Origin: Octopus vulgaris | Taxonomy: Eukaryota | Length of the DNA: 64,000 nucleotides | Direction: 5' to 3' | NCBI GenBank assembly: GCA_951406725.2 | Contig: OX597822.1 | Span: forward strand, 75,578,001-75,642,000 | Shown here: in pieces, positions 37,616-51,345 of the stretch | Numbering within the stretch: position 1 is the first letter of the stretch | How the letters are laid out: each line of letters starts with the position of its first letter | The notes under the pieces: model-generated | What the model saw: only the letters and a program-made list of their open reading frames with translations | The model's database searches: none | Told to the model about the DNA's origin: nothing | Position numbers and translations under genes: made by a program

Positions 37616-39545
37616 TCCACACTATGAGATGTAGAATGATTTGAAATTTTATGAAAACTGGGTTTTCTCAAATATGAAAAGTATCGACTTTCAACGTGTA
37701 GAATATCATTGAAAGGATGTGGAATTTTCTTCAGAGTCACAAAATATTTGAAAAGAAATAAATTTTTAAAAATGTTTGTGAAAATTCTTTAGAAGTTATG
37801 TTTGATATAGTTGTCCGATATGATATATGTTCTTATATTTTGTGTTCTGTGCATGAAATATCAAAGTATTACCCATACCAATGCCAGTAAAAGTTTCTCT
37901 CCATCATGGCATCCATACATAGATACACGCAAACACACACGCGCGCACACACACACACTCACACACGCGCAAACGTATACGTATACACACCCTAGTATAT
38001 GTCTATGATGTTTGTGTCTTTTACACAAACATCATAGACGCATATTGGTGCCACAACATCGTCCGAGACACGAGTACTAAACAGCATTGGGGCAAAGGTG
38101 CGTTTTTCTAATGGCCTGTCTATTGAATGAGATTGAAATATTTTTTGAATCTGAAAAATTAACCCTAATCTTGGCATTAATTTTGGCAATGGATAAAATG
38201 TAAGGTATCCACGAAAAATCATTAAACATTATGAGGCGAAATTTTTCCAAGTTTAGTGGGGAAATCTATTAATGGTTTTTTTATTAGTAGGAACAGGCGA
38301 ATTTGGTAAGATTGTTTATGGATATACGCGGTATTTTATTGCTGGTTCTTTTAGGGAAGACTATGTTGTCACCTCATAGAAGAAAATATTCTCGCTTCAT
38401 TGAGACATTAAAATATCGAAGTGACTGAGGCCAAAAGTATGAAACGATAAGGAATAATGGGTTGTGTGTTTCGATGTAAGTAATAGTAAATAACATTTAG
38501 ATGTAAAGAACGAAGAGAGTGAGAGAGAAAACTATAAGGAATATCGAATTTTATATAACGAGTCGAAAAGTACTTTCTCAGAATTACAACAGTGTGTTTG
38601 AGTTTTTTGAAGAAGGAGGAGAGGAAGAAGGCCGTCCACGTTAGAGTTGATCTCTGCACCGAGTAGACAGCTCAACTGGAAACTAATAGCCTGATGTTGA
38701 TATCTTGTGAAATCAAGTCTTCATTGGAGAGAGGCAGTCGACAGGAACTAGCGGCAGCAGAGAAAAAGAGAATATGCGATTGTGTCAAGTGAAGAAACAT
38801 TATTTCATAATGTCATGCGTAGGTGCACTTTATTGACGGACTTCATGAAGAAAATGATATGCATTCAACTACCCCTTTGCCTGTCAAAGAATTCTCATAA
38901 GTTTGTCCTACATGTCTATGCTTGTTTTTCAAACTTACAATCTTTGTTTTATACGTTCTACGTAATATAAAGCTTTCCTTTCATAAGTTCCAAGTTACAC
39001 CGATGTTTGGAAAAATTGGGAATGTGGATGATATATGATGCATGGACGCCAGTGAAATACATCCTGCGTTTCACATTTGATACTCAGGGTAAGATATACA
39101 AAGATGCTCCAGAGCTTTTATGGATAGGGAGATATCTCCCTTGCTGGATATTGTTAACAGCGCATGGCAAAAACTAAGGGAGAATATAAATAGTGGTCTA
39201 CAGAGATGTGTGCGGAGGAGTCTCTATCGTAAAGTATCACGTGGTATATCTTCGTCTACGGATGACATCGCCCGGCATTGCCCGACCTTACCAAAGAGTA
39301 GGTCATTATTCGTTGACGTGAATGCACTCCTACAAGCTCAGAAGATATTCAAAAGAGTTAATATAACTACGGTTCAAAATTCATCACATCGATTGACAGG
39401 TGGACGGATAGGTAGATGGATAAATATAGAGAGCTATAGACATACCTTAAGAAAGTAATCAACCGAGAATTTTAAGGAAGCGGTATGTGCATGCGCGTAT
39501 ACATTCATACGCACTGCATACACATATGTGTGTGTGTGCGTGCGA

Positions 39546-39593
<48 letters not shown>

Positions 39594-39732
39594 ATATATA
39601 TGCGAATATGTGTGTATAAATAATCATGTGTGCTTGTGTGTGTGTGTGTGCGGTTGTGTGTGTGTGTCAGCGTTTGGAGATGGTTTGGAGTAGAGTTTTA
39701 GAAACATGTGACTAGCTTGAAAATTAATGATG

Positions 39733-39806
<74 letters not shown>

Positions 39807-40728
39807 AAGAATAGGTACAATGGCATAATTAAATAAAAAGCTTACATCCGGTGGGAAACTATCAGTTATTATCATATTCAATCAACCGAGAAATTTCGAT
39901 TATGATTCTTATCGTTATAGAGAATGATCATCAATGCCACCTTAAGCAATGCTAAGAGCTTTAATATCTATATTTACATTACCTTTTGGTAGGTTTTTGC
40001 TTTCTGATCGCGTTCAGGTGTTTAACTAATGTACAGACAAAGAGTCGAGGAACAAACTGAGAATCGCTATTTGTAAACTAAAGCGAATGACACTCTCACG
40101 AACCACGTCACTGATGCATATATTGCAGAAAATATGGCAGACACTTGAAATATTTGTTTACTCAGTGTTCTGAGTAAGCAAACATTTAGATCAATTTAAA
40201 CATGGTTGGGATATATTTAATTATTAGACAGGCCGCATTAACTGCTGTTTGCCGTTGAGAACAATTTTCGCTTTAGGTAATAGGTGTGAAAAAAAGAACT
40301 CCAAAAGTTATTTCAAAGCGCCCTCTGAGAGAGAGAGCTGTGAATGCTTTCCTAGCCTGCTTTCTATCATAAGCACCGTGTGACACGAGGCAGATAACTT
40401 CAAAATGACTCTCGAAGCCTTCTCTTCCTCATAGTTATTCAAAAGAGCAGATTAATAATACAATTATTCGGATAGGCTTGACCAAGTGACATATTTCAAT
40501 GATCCAGAAGACGTGGGTTACCATTCTCCCGTTAGAACACTAGTCTTCTCACGGAAGATTTTCAAATCATCAACTATGAACAATAGAGGAGAATGCACAA
40601 GAAGCATAACCAAGAATGCAGGTTACCATGATCCACACAATGTGGAGAAATGCTTTCTTCTTAATTATTTCGCGTTTTATAATCTTTCCCAATTTATATC
40701 GGCTTAAATTCTTTTGTCCATCTATCAA

Positions 40729-40890
40729 GGCGCCGACGTGGCTGTTTGGTAAGAAGCTTTCTCCTTAACCACTTGGTTCCGAGTTCAGTCGCACTGCGTA
40801 CCAGCTTGGACAAGTGTCTTCTACGATAGCCTCGGACTACCGACCAAAGCCTTGTGAATGAATTTGGTAGACGGTAGCTGAAAGAAGTCA
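40729..40890 (+). mobile_element. SINE family B, 5' half
   Basis: GTGGCTGTTTGGTAAGAAGC..GTTCAGTC..CAAGTGTCTTCTAC..AAAGCCTTGTGA. Confidence 0.75.
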
Positions 40891-40921
40891 TATATATGTG
40901 TGTGTGTATGTGTGTGTGTGT

Positions 40922-41692
40922 ATTATCTTTGTAGTTTCAGCTCAGGGCTAGGGCCAAACTGATGCACAGCCGTTTTGCTACACTGTTGTTACTGCGAGCC
41001 TCCTCCAATATGTGGCACTTAGTGAAAAAATGAAGAATGGAGTTTGATGTAGCTACTCTCATTTGCACCTCTTGCCGCGAGGTGGGTTCGTCTGGGACTC
41101 TCGACGAGAAGAGGTCCAACCTTGATTTAAAAACGCCTACATCTACTTTGTGCAGGTTCCTCAGGCTCTTTCGGAGAATATTGCAGGCTGTTGTCCTGAA
41201 GCGCGATGGCGTTGCTGGGATCTTTGGCACTAAGCAGTGTTGACCTGTTCTGGCACTGCTGTAGCATTCAATGCCAAAATTTGGCACAATTCCTTCAAGG
41301 ATCTTCCAGATGTATATTACTGCATACTGCTCTCGCCTTCGCTCCAGGGAGTAGAGTCTCAGCTGTTTCAGCCTTTCCCAGTAGCTGAGCTGTTGCAATG
41401 TGAAGCTTCGCTGGATTGCTTCAAGGTTCCCTGTTAATTTTATACTGTTGGATGATCATAGCTGGGAGTAGTAATCCATGTGGCTGAAGACGAATGTCCT
41501 CCAGAGGAGCATAATTTCCTTATCTCTGGTTCTGAATGTTCTCAGGATCCATTCAGCCAGTTGTCTGCACTTTGTCACCATCCTGGTAATGTGCACTTGG
41601 AAAGAGGTATCATCGCTCATGTTGATACCCAGGTCCCTTACTGATTTAGGCTCTGGAATTGTAATTCGCAGTGGGACAGTGTACCCTGTAAG
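40922..41692 (-). mobile_element. CR1-clade LINE 3' fragment
   Basis: RDLGINMSDDTSF..HI, WILRTF, LSYWERLKQLRLYSLERRRE.Y..IY.WKIL and FKSRLD motifs typical of a CR1 ORF2 C-terminus. Confidence 0.85.
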
Positions 41693-41693
41693 T

Positions 41694-41761
<68 letters not shown>

Positions 41762-42009
41762 GAATATGCAGAATTACCCATCGGAAGAATTCACGGAGTG
41801 ACAAACAACTACATGTAGACATAGATGTTAGATACTGATCGTTTTGTTTAGCCGTTAACTGGAAATTGACTGAGAGCTAATATGGCATACGCTCGGAAAA
41901 TATATCCCACCAAACTCATATGTGTGTGTATGTGTGTCTGTGTGGCTATTTTTGTCCCGCACCACCGCTTGACAACCGCTGTTGATGTGCCTACGTCCCT
42001 GTAACCTCC

Positions 42010-42570
42010 TCTAGAGCGCGCGTCATTACGCTTCAGTCAGGATTCCCAAATGTGACTAACTGGGACAATGGCCACCATCCAACCATCGCGTTTATGGTCT
42101 ACTTCTAGGTCTTCTGCCAGTTGGCTAACTTGAAGAATCTTTCTTGCGATTCTTTCATGCAATAATACTAATCACGTATCGGTAGCACAAGATCTGTAAT
42201 CTCTCGATGCGAAGAGGTATCGACTTGATCGGGAAAGATTTCCAGATCTCTGAGCTACGGCCATTTGTTAAAAAGCATTACTTTAGAGATCCTGCTAAGG
42301 AATTCGCATTTCGGTCACTAGTAATCGCAATTGTATTGTTTCCGTCATTACCCAATATTCATGATCATAGGTGAAGAGGAAATGTACGAAAAGTGAACTG
42401 AAAATACAAAACTTTCCTCTTCCGAAGAGGGAATGCGAGAAATGGTGCATCACAATGCCAGCACCTAGATTTTTGTTACCAAATTCAGGGCCCTGTTTCC
42501 CATCACTCTTAAATATGTCCCTGAGATACTTATATCTCTCTACTTGCTTCAGTTGACGTTTTACCAAATT
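42010..42570 (-). mobile_element. Decayed RTE-clade (Expander/Rex3-like) 3' fragment
   Basis: LKQVERYKYL..FKSDGKQ..AG.VM..TYDHEYWVMTE..EM resembles LKQVEKFKYLG..FTSDG..LTYGHESWVMTE..AEM. Confidence 0.7.
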
Positions 42571-42754
42571 CCTTTCTCTTCTATGATTTTTTAATTCGTA
42601 CTGTTATATGTTATATGAAATCTTTCGTCTTTTCCCTTGTCTTTCTATAAAATTCTATTTCCACCGCTTTGTAAAACTCCTCCCACTGTTTAAGATTTCT
42701 TTGCATTTTTTTCTACATCTCACCAATCCCTTGTATTTAGTAATAGAAAGATTG

Positions 42755-42990
42755 TTATTATTATTTTATTGCCTTTGCACAGTTTCTAACGCTGGAGATG
42801 TACTACGGTGTCAGCTGTTCACTACCAGTGAACTAAGGCAACACCCTTATTTTTCGAGCACCATCCGGAGTATTAGAGCGGTCTCGAGCAGTGCTGTGTT
42901 CTGCAAGTTCTCCACCCTTATTGCAGCCCCGATTTGTTCCATGTACTTGTCAAGATTTTAGCTCACTGTTCCTAGGGCTCCGACAATTAT
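42755..42990 (-). mobile_element. R4/Dong-like RLE LINE 3' end (third subfamily)
   Basis: IIVGALGTVS..LDKYMEQIGAAIRVENLQNTALLETALILRMVLEK, stop, 3' UTR ending in AATAATAAT on the minus strand. Confidence 0.75.
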
Positions 42991-42995
42991 TGCTG

Positions 42996-43050
<55 letters not shown>

Positions 43051-43094
43051 CTTTTTCAGTGGCCAAAACTGCTTAACCTCCTCATATTATTATT

Positions 43095-43623
43095 GAGTGA
43101 GAGAGCAGCGCATGCCATCAAAGTGACACTGGGTTAAAATATACTAAGCCCAATATACACATCATGATTACCCGTCTAATAAGGGTACACTAGGCACATG
43201 CATCACAACCATATGTGCGCGACATGGTGTTCTCATATCAAGATAAACAGCACATGACCTTGCAGGTGGGGCCCAGTTAGAATTTTTTTCTGGTTGAGTA
43301 ACATATCCCACTCAAAAGGTCCCTGAATAAGGGTTGTTTAAGGATGTTGAACGAAACACCCATATTTCCAGAGGTGAATTATTCAAACCCCAAAGAATTC
43401 CTCTCAACACATGGCTATGATGTTCCCCACTACTTCTGCTTATGATCAGAGATGCACATATTATCAGCCACTGATATGCTCAACTGCTTACGGTCAAACA
43501 ATTGACAAGCAAATCTGTGGTATTCAGCAGAATGTTTGCTGTAGCCCATCTTTTATACCAAGACAAAATGTACATGATAACACTTCCAATCAGTTCAGAT
43601 CAGAAGCCATGAGAGTCACTGCC
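43095..43623 (-). mobile_element. Family E element in (TAT)n
   Basis: Colinear with 59832-60385; TAT repeats on both flanks. Confidence 0.9.
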
Positions 43624-43669
43624 TTATTATTATTATTATTATTATCATTATTATTATTATTATTATTAT

Positions 43670-43730
<61 letters not shown>

Positions 43731-43731
<1 letters not shown>

Positions 43732-44086
43732 GGCGGCGAGCTAGCAGAATCATTAGTGCGCCGGGCGAAATGCTTAGCGGTATTTCGTCCGCCGTTATGC
43801 TCTGAGTTCAAATTCCAACGAGGTTAACTTTGCCTTTCATCCTTTCAGGGTCAATTAAATAAGTACCAGTTACGCACTGGGATCGATATAATCGACTTAA
43901 TCCGTTTGTCTGTCCTTGTTTGTCCTCTCTGTGTTGAGCTCCTTGTGGGTAGTAAAGAAATAAGTATTTCGTCTGGCTTGACGTTCTAAGTTCAAATCCC
44001 GTCGAGGTCGACTTTGCCTTTTTATTTTCGGGGTCGATGAATTAGATATCAGTTGCGTACTGGGGTCGATCTAATCGACTGGCCCC
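43731..44086 (+). mobile_element. SINE family A dimer, 3' end lost at (TAT)n
   Basis: Same two-core layout and junction as 8309-8700. Confidence 0.85.
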
Positions 44087-44141
<55 letters not shown>

Positions 44142-44155
44142 ATTATTATTATCAT

Positions 44156-44202
<47 letters not shown>

Positions 44203-44207
44203 TCATA

Positions 44208-44430
44208 AAGGCTGCGAGCTGGCAGAACCGTTAGTACGGCGGGCAAAATGCTTAGCAGTATTTCTTCCGGTTCTTCACGTTCTCGGTTCAAACTCCGCCG
44301 AGGTCGACTTTGGCGAGGTCATCATTTCGGCGGTCAATAAATTAAGTACCAGTAAAACACTGGGGTCGATGTAATCCACTAGTCCCCTCCCCAGAAATTT
44401 GAGGACTTGTGCTTCTACTAGAAAGGATTA
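44208..44430 (+). mobile_element. SINE family A monomer with tail 2
   Basis: GCGAGCTGGCAGAACCGTTAG..GGTTCAAACTCCGCCGAGGTCGACTTTG..CCCTCCCCAGAAATTTGAGGACTTGTGC. Confidence 0.8.
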
Positions 44431-44518
44431 TCCTCCGCCTCCTCTTCCTCCACCTCCTCTTCCTCCTCTTCCTCCACCTCCTCCTCCTCCTCCTCCTCCT
44501 CCTATTGTTATTGTTGAT

Positions 44519-44639
44519 GTTGTTGGCATCCTTTTTGTCTCGGGAAACAATGGAGTTGCGCATAAAATAGTCCAGTCCGGCTTTTACATTTCATGTCTGA
44601 TACATTTCCTGCTGTGGCTGTATAGTCCTATCCTGGACA
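44519..44639 (-). mobile_element. Extreme 3' ~120 bp of the same RTE family as 29833-33236
   Basis: Reverse complement aligns to 33113-33232 (AAATGTAAAAGCCGGACT.GACTATTTTATG.GCAACTCCATTGT..GAGACAAAA.GGATGCCA). Confidence 0.9.
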
Positions 44640-44644
44640 TAATT

Positions 44645-44831
44645 AACATTATCATCATCATCATTATCATTACCGCCTCGTCGTCGTCATCATTATCATT
44701 ATCATTATCGACATTTTCATCATCGTCATCATCATCGTCGTCATCGACCTCCTGTTCCTCCTCCTTCTCCTCCTCCTCCTCATCATCATTGACATCATCA
44801 TTACCATCATCATCACCGTCATCATCATCAG

Positions 44832-44869
<38 letters not shown>

Positions 44870-45185
44870 ACGACACCATTCTCATCGTCATCATCATCAT
44901 CATTATCATTACCGACATCATCATTGTCGTCATCATTATCATTATCATTATCGACATTTTCATCATTGTTATCATCATCGTCGTCGTCGACCTCCTGTTC
45001 CTCCGCCTCCTCCTCACAATCATCATCGACATCATCATTACCATCATCATCACCGTCCTCATCATTATCATCATCATCATCATCGACATCATTCTCATCG
45101 TCATCATCATCGTTATCATCATCATCATCAACATCCACCACCACCATCATCATCATCATCATCATCATCATCTACTTCATCATCT
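44645..45185. repeat. Degenerate (CAT)n/(CCT)n field with a ~240-bp tandem duplication
   Basis: TCATTATCATTATCATTATCGACATTTTCATC..TCGACCTCCTGTTCCTCC occurs at about 44690 and about 44933. Confidence 0.85.
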
Positions 45186-45833
45186 CACACATTCCTTTGT
45201 TTAATAATTATATCTAACATCAAACAGTAACACCTCGCATACAACAACAGTCGCTCATAACGAAAGTAAAATATAAAAGCAAAAAAGCAAAAAAAAACAA
45301 CATTGTTTTATGTAAGAAGGCTTTTTAATATGTCTCGAAATTAGACATTGATAAATAGATTTTTCATATTTTCTTTTTCTTTTTCTTTTTTCTAGTTCCT
45401 TCTAGTATGAATTATTATTACTATTATTTCACCAGTTCCTATAGATTTATAACCACGCATTCTTTCTTAATTGGTATTCTAATTTGATACGTGAGTGTCA
45501 GAGAGATCACATTCTCCTTTTGTCTTCTTTTCCGTTGGAAAATGATCTCAGAGTAAGACATAGCTCTTTTTTTTCTAATTTATTTATATTTATATTTCAT
45601 TTTATTCATTTTCTGGGGTTTTTTTTCTTGTTTTGCATTTAAACTCCTCGGTGTCTGCCAAAAAGAAATAATTGACCTTGGTAAGAGATATAATTTTTCT
45701 TCAAGTCAGCTTGATTTATACTAACGGCATGGCAGTTATAATGTTGCAGACGAGTAAACAGATATTGCCACCGAATGTATGGCTGCAAACCTTTGCCTTA
45801 GTTAGGTTATTTTAACGTTGCATATATGTGAGC

Positions 45834-45834
<1 letters not shown>

Positions 45835-45894
<60 letters not shown>

Positions 45895-45902
45895 CATACA
45901 TG

Positions 45903-45938
<36 letters not shown>

Positions 45939-46019
45939 CTTTATATATATATGTATATATATGTATATATATACACACACACAGATACACGTAATATAGA
46001 CGTATATATATATGCATTC

Positions 46020-46065
<46 letters not shown>

Positions 46066-46121
46066 TGCATATATATATATACGTCTATATTACGTGTATC
46101 TGTGTGTGTGTATATATATAC

Positions 46122-46153
<32 letters not shown>

Positions 46154-46345
46154 AATGCATATATATATACGTCTATATTACGTGTATCTGTGTGTGTATG
46201 TATATATATATATATATACGTACATATATACATATATATTATATATACATATGTGTGTGCATATATCTATATAAGTATCTATATACATATAGATATGTAT
46301 ATATATATATGAATATATATATGCAAATACACACATGTATATATA
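45835..46345. repeat. (TA)n field with inverted and direct duplications
   Basis: A ~50-bp unique segment occurs once in one orientation and twice in the other. Confidence 0.85.
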
Positions 46346-46461
46346 GGCACAGGAGTGGATGTGTGGTAAGTAGCTTGCTTACCAACCACATGGTTCCGGG
46401 TTCAGTCCCGGAAGCCTTGTGAGTGGATTTGGTTGACGGAAGCTGAAAGAAGACCGTCGTA
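46345..46461 (+). mobile_element. SINE family B, deleted 5' portion
   Basis: GGCACAGGAGTGGATGTGTGGTAAGTAGCTTGCTTACCAACCACATGGTTCCGGGTTCAGTCCC. Confidence 0.85.
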
Positions 46462-46492
46462 TACACCCTCACCACATATATAAATATATATA

Positions 46493-47797
46493 CACCAGGG
46501 TATATCAAAAAGTTCTGGGACTAGTTCTGTAGCGCGCCAGTAGATGGCAGGACACAGCTGCGTACACAGTGAAAACTATAAGAGGCCTTCATGAGGCAGT
46601 GTACCGAGTGACATCACCGTCTTTACTTCGCAAGTCGTGGTTCTTTTGTGTTTGTGATCACGTGTGTGCTGTAGTCTCTGGTTTTGCCATAGACAAAAAG
46701 TTAGAACAAAGAGCCATCGTGGAATGTTGCGTGTACCTTTGGGAAGTCTGCTACAGAGGCATTGAGCATGCTTCAACAAGCTTACGGTGACGAGGCAATG
46801 GGTCGTACGCAATGTTTTAAGGAGCAAGGTCTCCTCAAAAGCGGAAAAATGTCCGCCGGAATACGATAAGCGATCGGCAAGACCTCCCACGAACATCACA
46901 CCCTGAAATAGGAAGAAAATTAATCTTCTTGCGCATGAAAATCGTCGAACATTACTGATGCTGTTGGTCTATCGTGGGGTCCGGGCAGGCAATACAAACG
47001 ATTGGATTGAACATGTAGTGTGTCTCTACCAATTTCCCATCCCCCGCCTGCTGACCACTGAGCAGAAGGAACACCACGTCGAAGTCTGTCAAGATGACTC
47101 ATCCTTCATGTTGCGGATCATCACCGGTGACGGGAGTTGGGTCTACGGACAGGACCCTCAAACGAAGCAGCAGTCGTCATAATGGAAGATCCCTTCATCT
47201 CCAGGACAGAAGACGGGAAGACAGAACCGCAGCTCAATCAAGAGCATGTTCATCGTTTTTCCGAATTCTGCCGTATTTTGCATCGAGAATTCGACCCCGC
47301 CAGGACCAGACCGTCAGTGGAGAGTTCTACTGCAATGTTTTGAAGCATTTGAAGGAGACATTCGGCGAAAGCAACCGGATTTGTGGAGCGCGAAGAATTA
47401 GATTCTTCACGACTTCAAGGCACCCTGTCACCTAGCTCTCTCCACTTCAAAAGCATCCTGTCACCTAGCTCTCTTCATTCTTGCCAAAATCCACATGGTA
47501 TCGCTTTTGTATCAGCCCTGTTCGCTAGATTTATCACCAGCGGATTTTCATCTCTCTTCCCCTAGAGGAAAATGCAGCTCAAGGGTCACCGTTTTTACAC
47601 AGTTGTCGAGATCCTGAGCGAATTGCAGAAGACTGTCGATTCGCTTACGGAGTACTACGTCCAGGCCAGATACCAAAAGTGGTAGGAACGCTGGAATTGG
47701 CGCATTGCTGCGCAAGGCCGCTATTTCGGAGAAGAGGATGTTAGCTTAAGTAAATAATTTTTTTTTTAATTAAATATAACTACTCTGAGAACACGTA
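46493..47797 (+). mobile_element. Mariner (DD34D-type) DNA transposon relic
   Basis: About 1.3 kb following TA. DKKLEQRA, PRLLTTEQK, RIITGDGSWVYG.DP.TKQQSS, QTVSGEFYCNVLKHL, LHD, S.DLSPADF, KMQLKGHRF and ERW...IAAQG.YF; many frameshifts; right TIR largely deleted. Confidence 0.9.
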
Positions 47798-48999
47798 TGT
47801 GTGTAAGTGTTTGCTTTTGTGCGTGTCCCTCCCCACCGTAACTGCTATAGAATGGTATGTATTTTATTGGCCACTGAAAGAATGAATATACAAGCTATCT
47901 TCGGCTGAATATCAACTCCGAAATAATGCAAAAAAGTGTAAACTAGATACTATTGCTCTGTTATTTATACAATGATCTATCGTTCCATTAATAACAAAAT
48001 TAATTATGCAGGATCAAGATATTGAAGAATATAATGTGTGTTACGATTTCTCAATATATTTGATAAAAACGGAATTGCATACTGACAGTAATCTACAGAT
48101 ACTCGAAGACTTAATGAAATTCTCAAGCAGAATCAGTATGGCAGTGTAGGAGGTGAGACTGCTGACCTTATTTCACAGAGGTGCTGTCTAATGAAGAAAA
48201 TCCCAGATATGTTCATTCTACAGGAATTTTATACTAACGAGCCTTCTTCAGGTGAACACAAACTGTTACAAAATAGACTTCCTCAAAATGATACGTGAAG
48301 GGATCGAACAAGAAATCTCATGATTGTGAATTAAGTATTTAAATATTGTAGGATATTTTTCTCTCATGTGTCTCAACTTCTGAACTAATAACGATGTATG
48401 AAAAGAAAAAAAAGTAAGAAAAGAAAAAAAAAACCGAAAGAACTCTCATTCCATAATGTCTTGTTAACTGTAATTGTCTTTCCTCCTGTAATAAGTGTCT
48501 CGCTTCGTAAAATGCTTAATTATTTTAATGTAATTGACCCAGATCATGTCATGCTGATTATTAGAAATGAGGATGAAATGGCGCTGTACATGATTACCAA
48601 AGACTAGAAATGTTTAAAGTTATGTAATAGATAAGAGAAAAAATTAAATATTGTATATACTGTGCATGTTTTCATTGCGCTTCGATTTGAAATACAAACA
48701 TCTTCTGAATACCAACTGATCACAAAAAATACCATAATCATTTCGTGTTTAATCTCAACAAATGTTTACACCAATTCTTCAGAAAGCGGGCATTAACGAT
48801 CATAGACGCGAGGACAGAGGAAAATTTTGTATAAGTACTAGGGACAAAACAGGGGTGGTAGGCATGCCGTGATTACAGCAATTAGTCTTGAAAAAAATTT
48901 CAGTTACAACTGTGATGTTGTTGGTAAAACATGTTCCTTGTCAATCTCCTTATCCTCTTGGAGAATTTAGGTAAAATTATACTAATGTGTCCTTCTAGC

Positions 49000-49107
49000 T
49001 TTTAGGCGTTTTCACTCAATAAACACTCACAACGCCCGGTCTGGGAATCGAAACCACGATCCTACGACTACGAGTCCGCTGCCCTAACCACTGGGCCATT
49101 GCGCCTC
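49000..49107 (-). mobile_element. SINE family C head
   Basis: Reverse complement GGAGGCGCAATGGCCCAGTGGTTAGGGCAGCGGACTCG..GGTTTCGATTCCCAGACCGGGCG, matching the copy at 62668. Confidence 0.85.
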
Positions 49108-49164
<57 letters not shown>

Positions 49165-49199
49165 GTATATATATATATATATATATATACATATATATA

Positions 49200-49239
<40 letters not shown>

Positions 49240-49357
49240 CATACATACATATATATATGTGCATACATATATATATACATATTTATATACATACATATAT
49301 ATATAAATATATACATATTTATATGCATACATACATAAATATATACATACATGCATG

Positions 49358-49391
<34 letters not shown>

Positions 49392-49424
49392 TATATACAT
49401 ATAAATATATACATATTTATATGC

Positions 49425-49484
<60 letters not shown>

Positions 49485-49816
49485 CTTACAGAGTTTATCA
49501 TAGTCATCTACATTTGTGGAGAGATCTAGACCGATCAAGTGATCTATATATTCAGTTGCATATTTCTCTATTAAGCACTTTTTCAATTTGACTCTAGAAA
49601 CGTCTCTTCCTCACTTCTTTTCTCCATCCATCGATACGTTCCATATTCTTAATCATCTAACTATCTTATTTCCTCCGACTGTATGCATGTGTAGCCATGT
49701 ATTTACTATATATCATTATGTCACAGTCCACATTGGTTAGTTTCACTCATGCCATTTCATGTAACGCTCACATAGGCGCACACTTACACACCCACGCAGA
49801 TATAAACGTATGTGGA

Positions 49817-49891
<75 letters not shown>

Positions 49892-50164
49892 TATATATAT
49901 ATATATATATATTATATCTATGTATGTATATATATGTATGTATATTATATATATATATTATATCTATGTATGTATATATATGTATATATGTTTGTATGTA
50001 TGTATATATTGTGTATATATATATGTGTGCATACTTATATATGTATACATATATATATATATGCATGTATGTGTGTATATATATATCTATAAAAATACAT
50101 GCATAGATATATATATATACAGCTATGTATGTATATATATACATACATACATATATATGCATAA

Positions 50165-50197
<33 letters not shown>

Positions 50198-50912
50198 TAT
50201 AGTGTGTGTGTCTGTGTATGTGTGTGCGTTTGTTTGAAGTATTTATTTAAAGATATACATTTGGCTTCCGATATCGATATATCTACAAATTTGCATGTAC
50301 GTACCACTAATATACAGATAGATGTATATGATACGCATAGCTTTGCGCCATGTATGCAAGCACGTCTGCGTGTAGATAAGGGGAAAATAGAGAGAGAGAG
50401 AGAAAGACGGAAAAAGGAAGGAAGGAAGAAAGGGAGGAAGGGAGGAAGGAAGGAAAGAAAGAACAAAGGAAGAAACGAACGGAGGATTCAGCTGTACATT
50501 GATCAGGGACACAATAGGTTTCAGATGAGGTATCAATAACTGATGCTAATAATTTCGGCAATAATATTCTCCAGAGAAGACAATTAGAACTTGTGGCCAA
50601 ATTATTGATGTCTCTCATCAAACATTTGCGACTAATTTATCAGTCTATGCTTCTGTAAAGATAATCGAAATACCATATCCATTCCATAGGAATATTTTAC
50701 TGTACATCTATTTAGCACATTATCTCCATTCAAGCATTTAACGTTTCATTCATGCCTTTCACCTGAGCATCAGTGAGCAAATAATAACTTAACAGTATAC
50801 ATCCTTACCGCTGCTTCTGTTTTCATCTGTTCCTACAAACTCACATATATATACACATATGTATGTATATTATATTACATATATATATATATGTGTGTGT
50901 GTGTGTATATAA

Positions 50913-50953
<41 letters not shown>

Positions 50954-51174
50954 TGTATTTATATATGTGTATATATCTGTATATATACATATACATATAT
51001 TTATACATGTATATGGTTGGATGTGTGTGTGCGTGCGTGAGAGTGTGTGTGTGGGGGGCGTGTGTGTGGGTGTGTATATTATTAATATGAATACACGCCT
51101 ACGCAAGTATTTCCACAATCTCGCATAATTAGTTATGCAATATTTTCATATCCATATATATATATACATTTGTA

Positions 51175-51217
<43 letters not shown>

Positions 51218-51266
51218 GACTGTATATGTATACAAACACACATATACACAACTATATATATGTGTA

Positions 51267-51322
<56 letters not shown>

Positions 51323-51345
51323 CATATACATATGTACGCACACAT
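49108..51345. repeat. Large region dominated by (TA)n/(TACA)n/(GGAA)n microsatellites
   Basis: Visible tracts at about 49108-49480, 49820-50230, 50390-50475, 50845-51075 and 51155-51345. Confidence 0.85.

Noticed and set aside
38640-39400. Possible Penelope GIY-YIG relic (HVGQT on the minus strand, about 38900)
   Set aside because: A single short motif; too decayed to call without a profile search.
44399-45217. 272-aa Pro/Ser-rich ORF and antisense Asp-rich ORF
   Set aside because: Built from (CCT)n/(CAT)n repeats and an antisense RTE 3' scrap; open in several frames because of low complexity.
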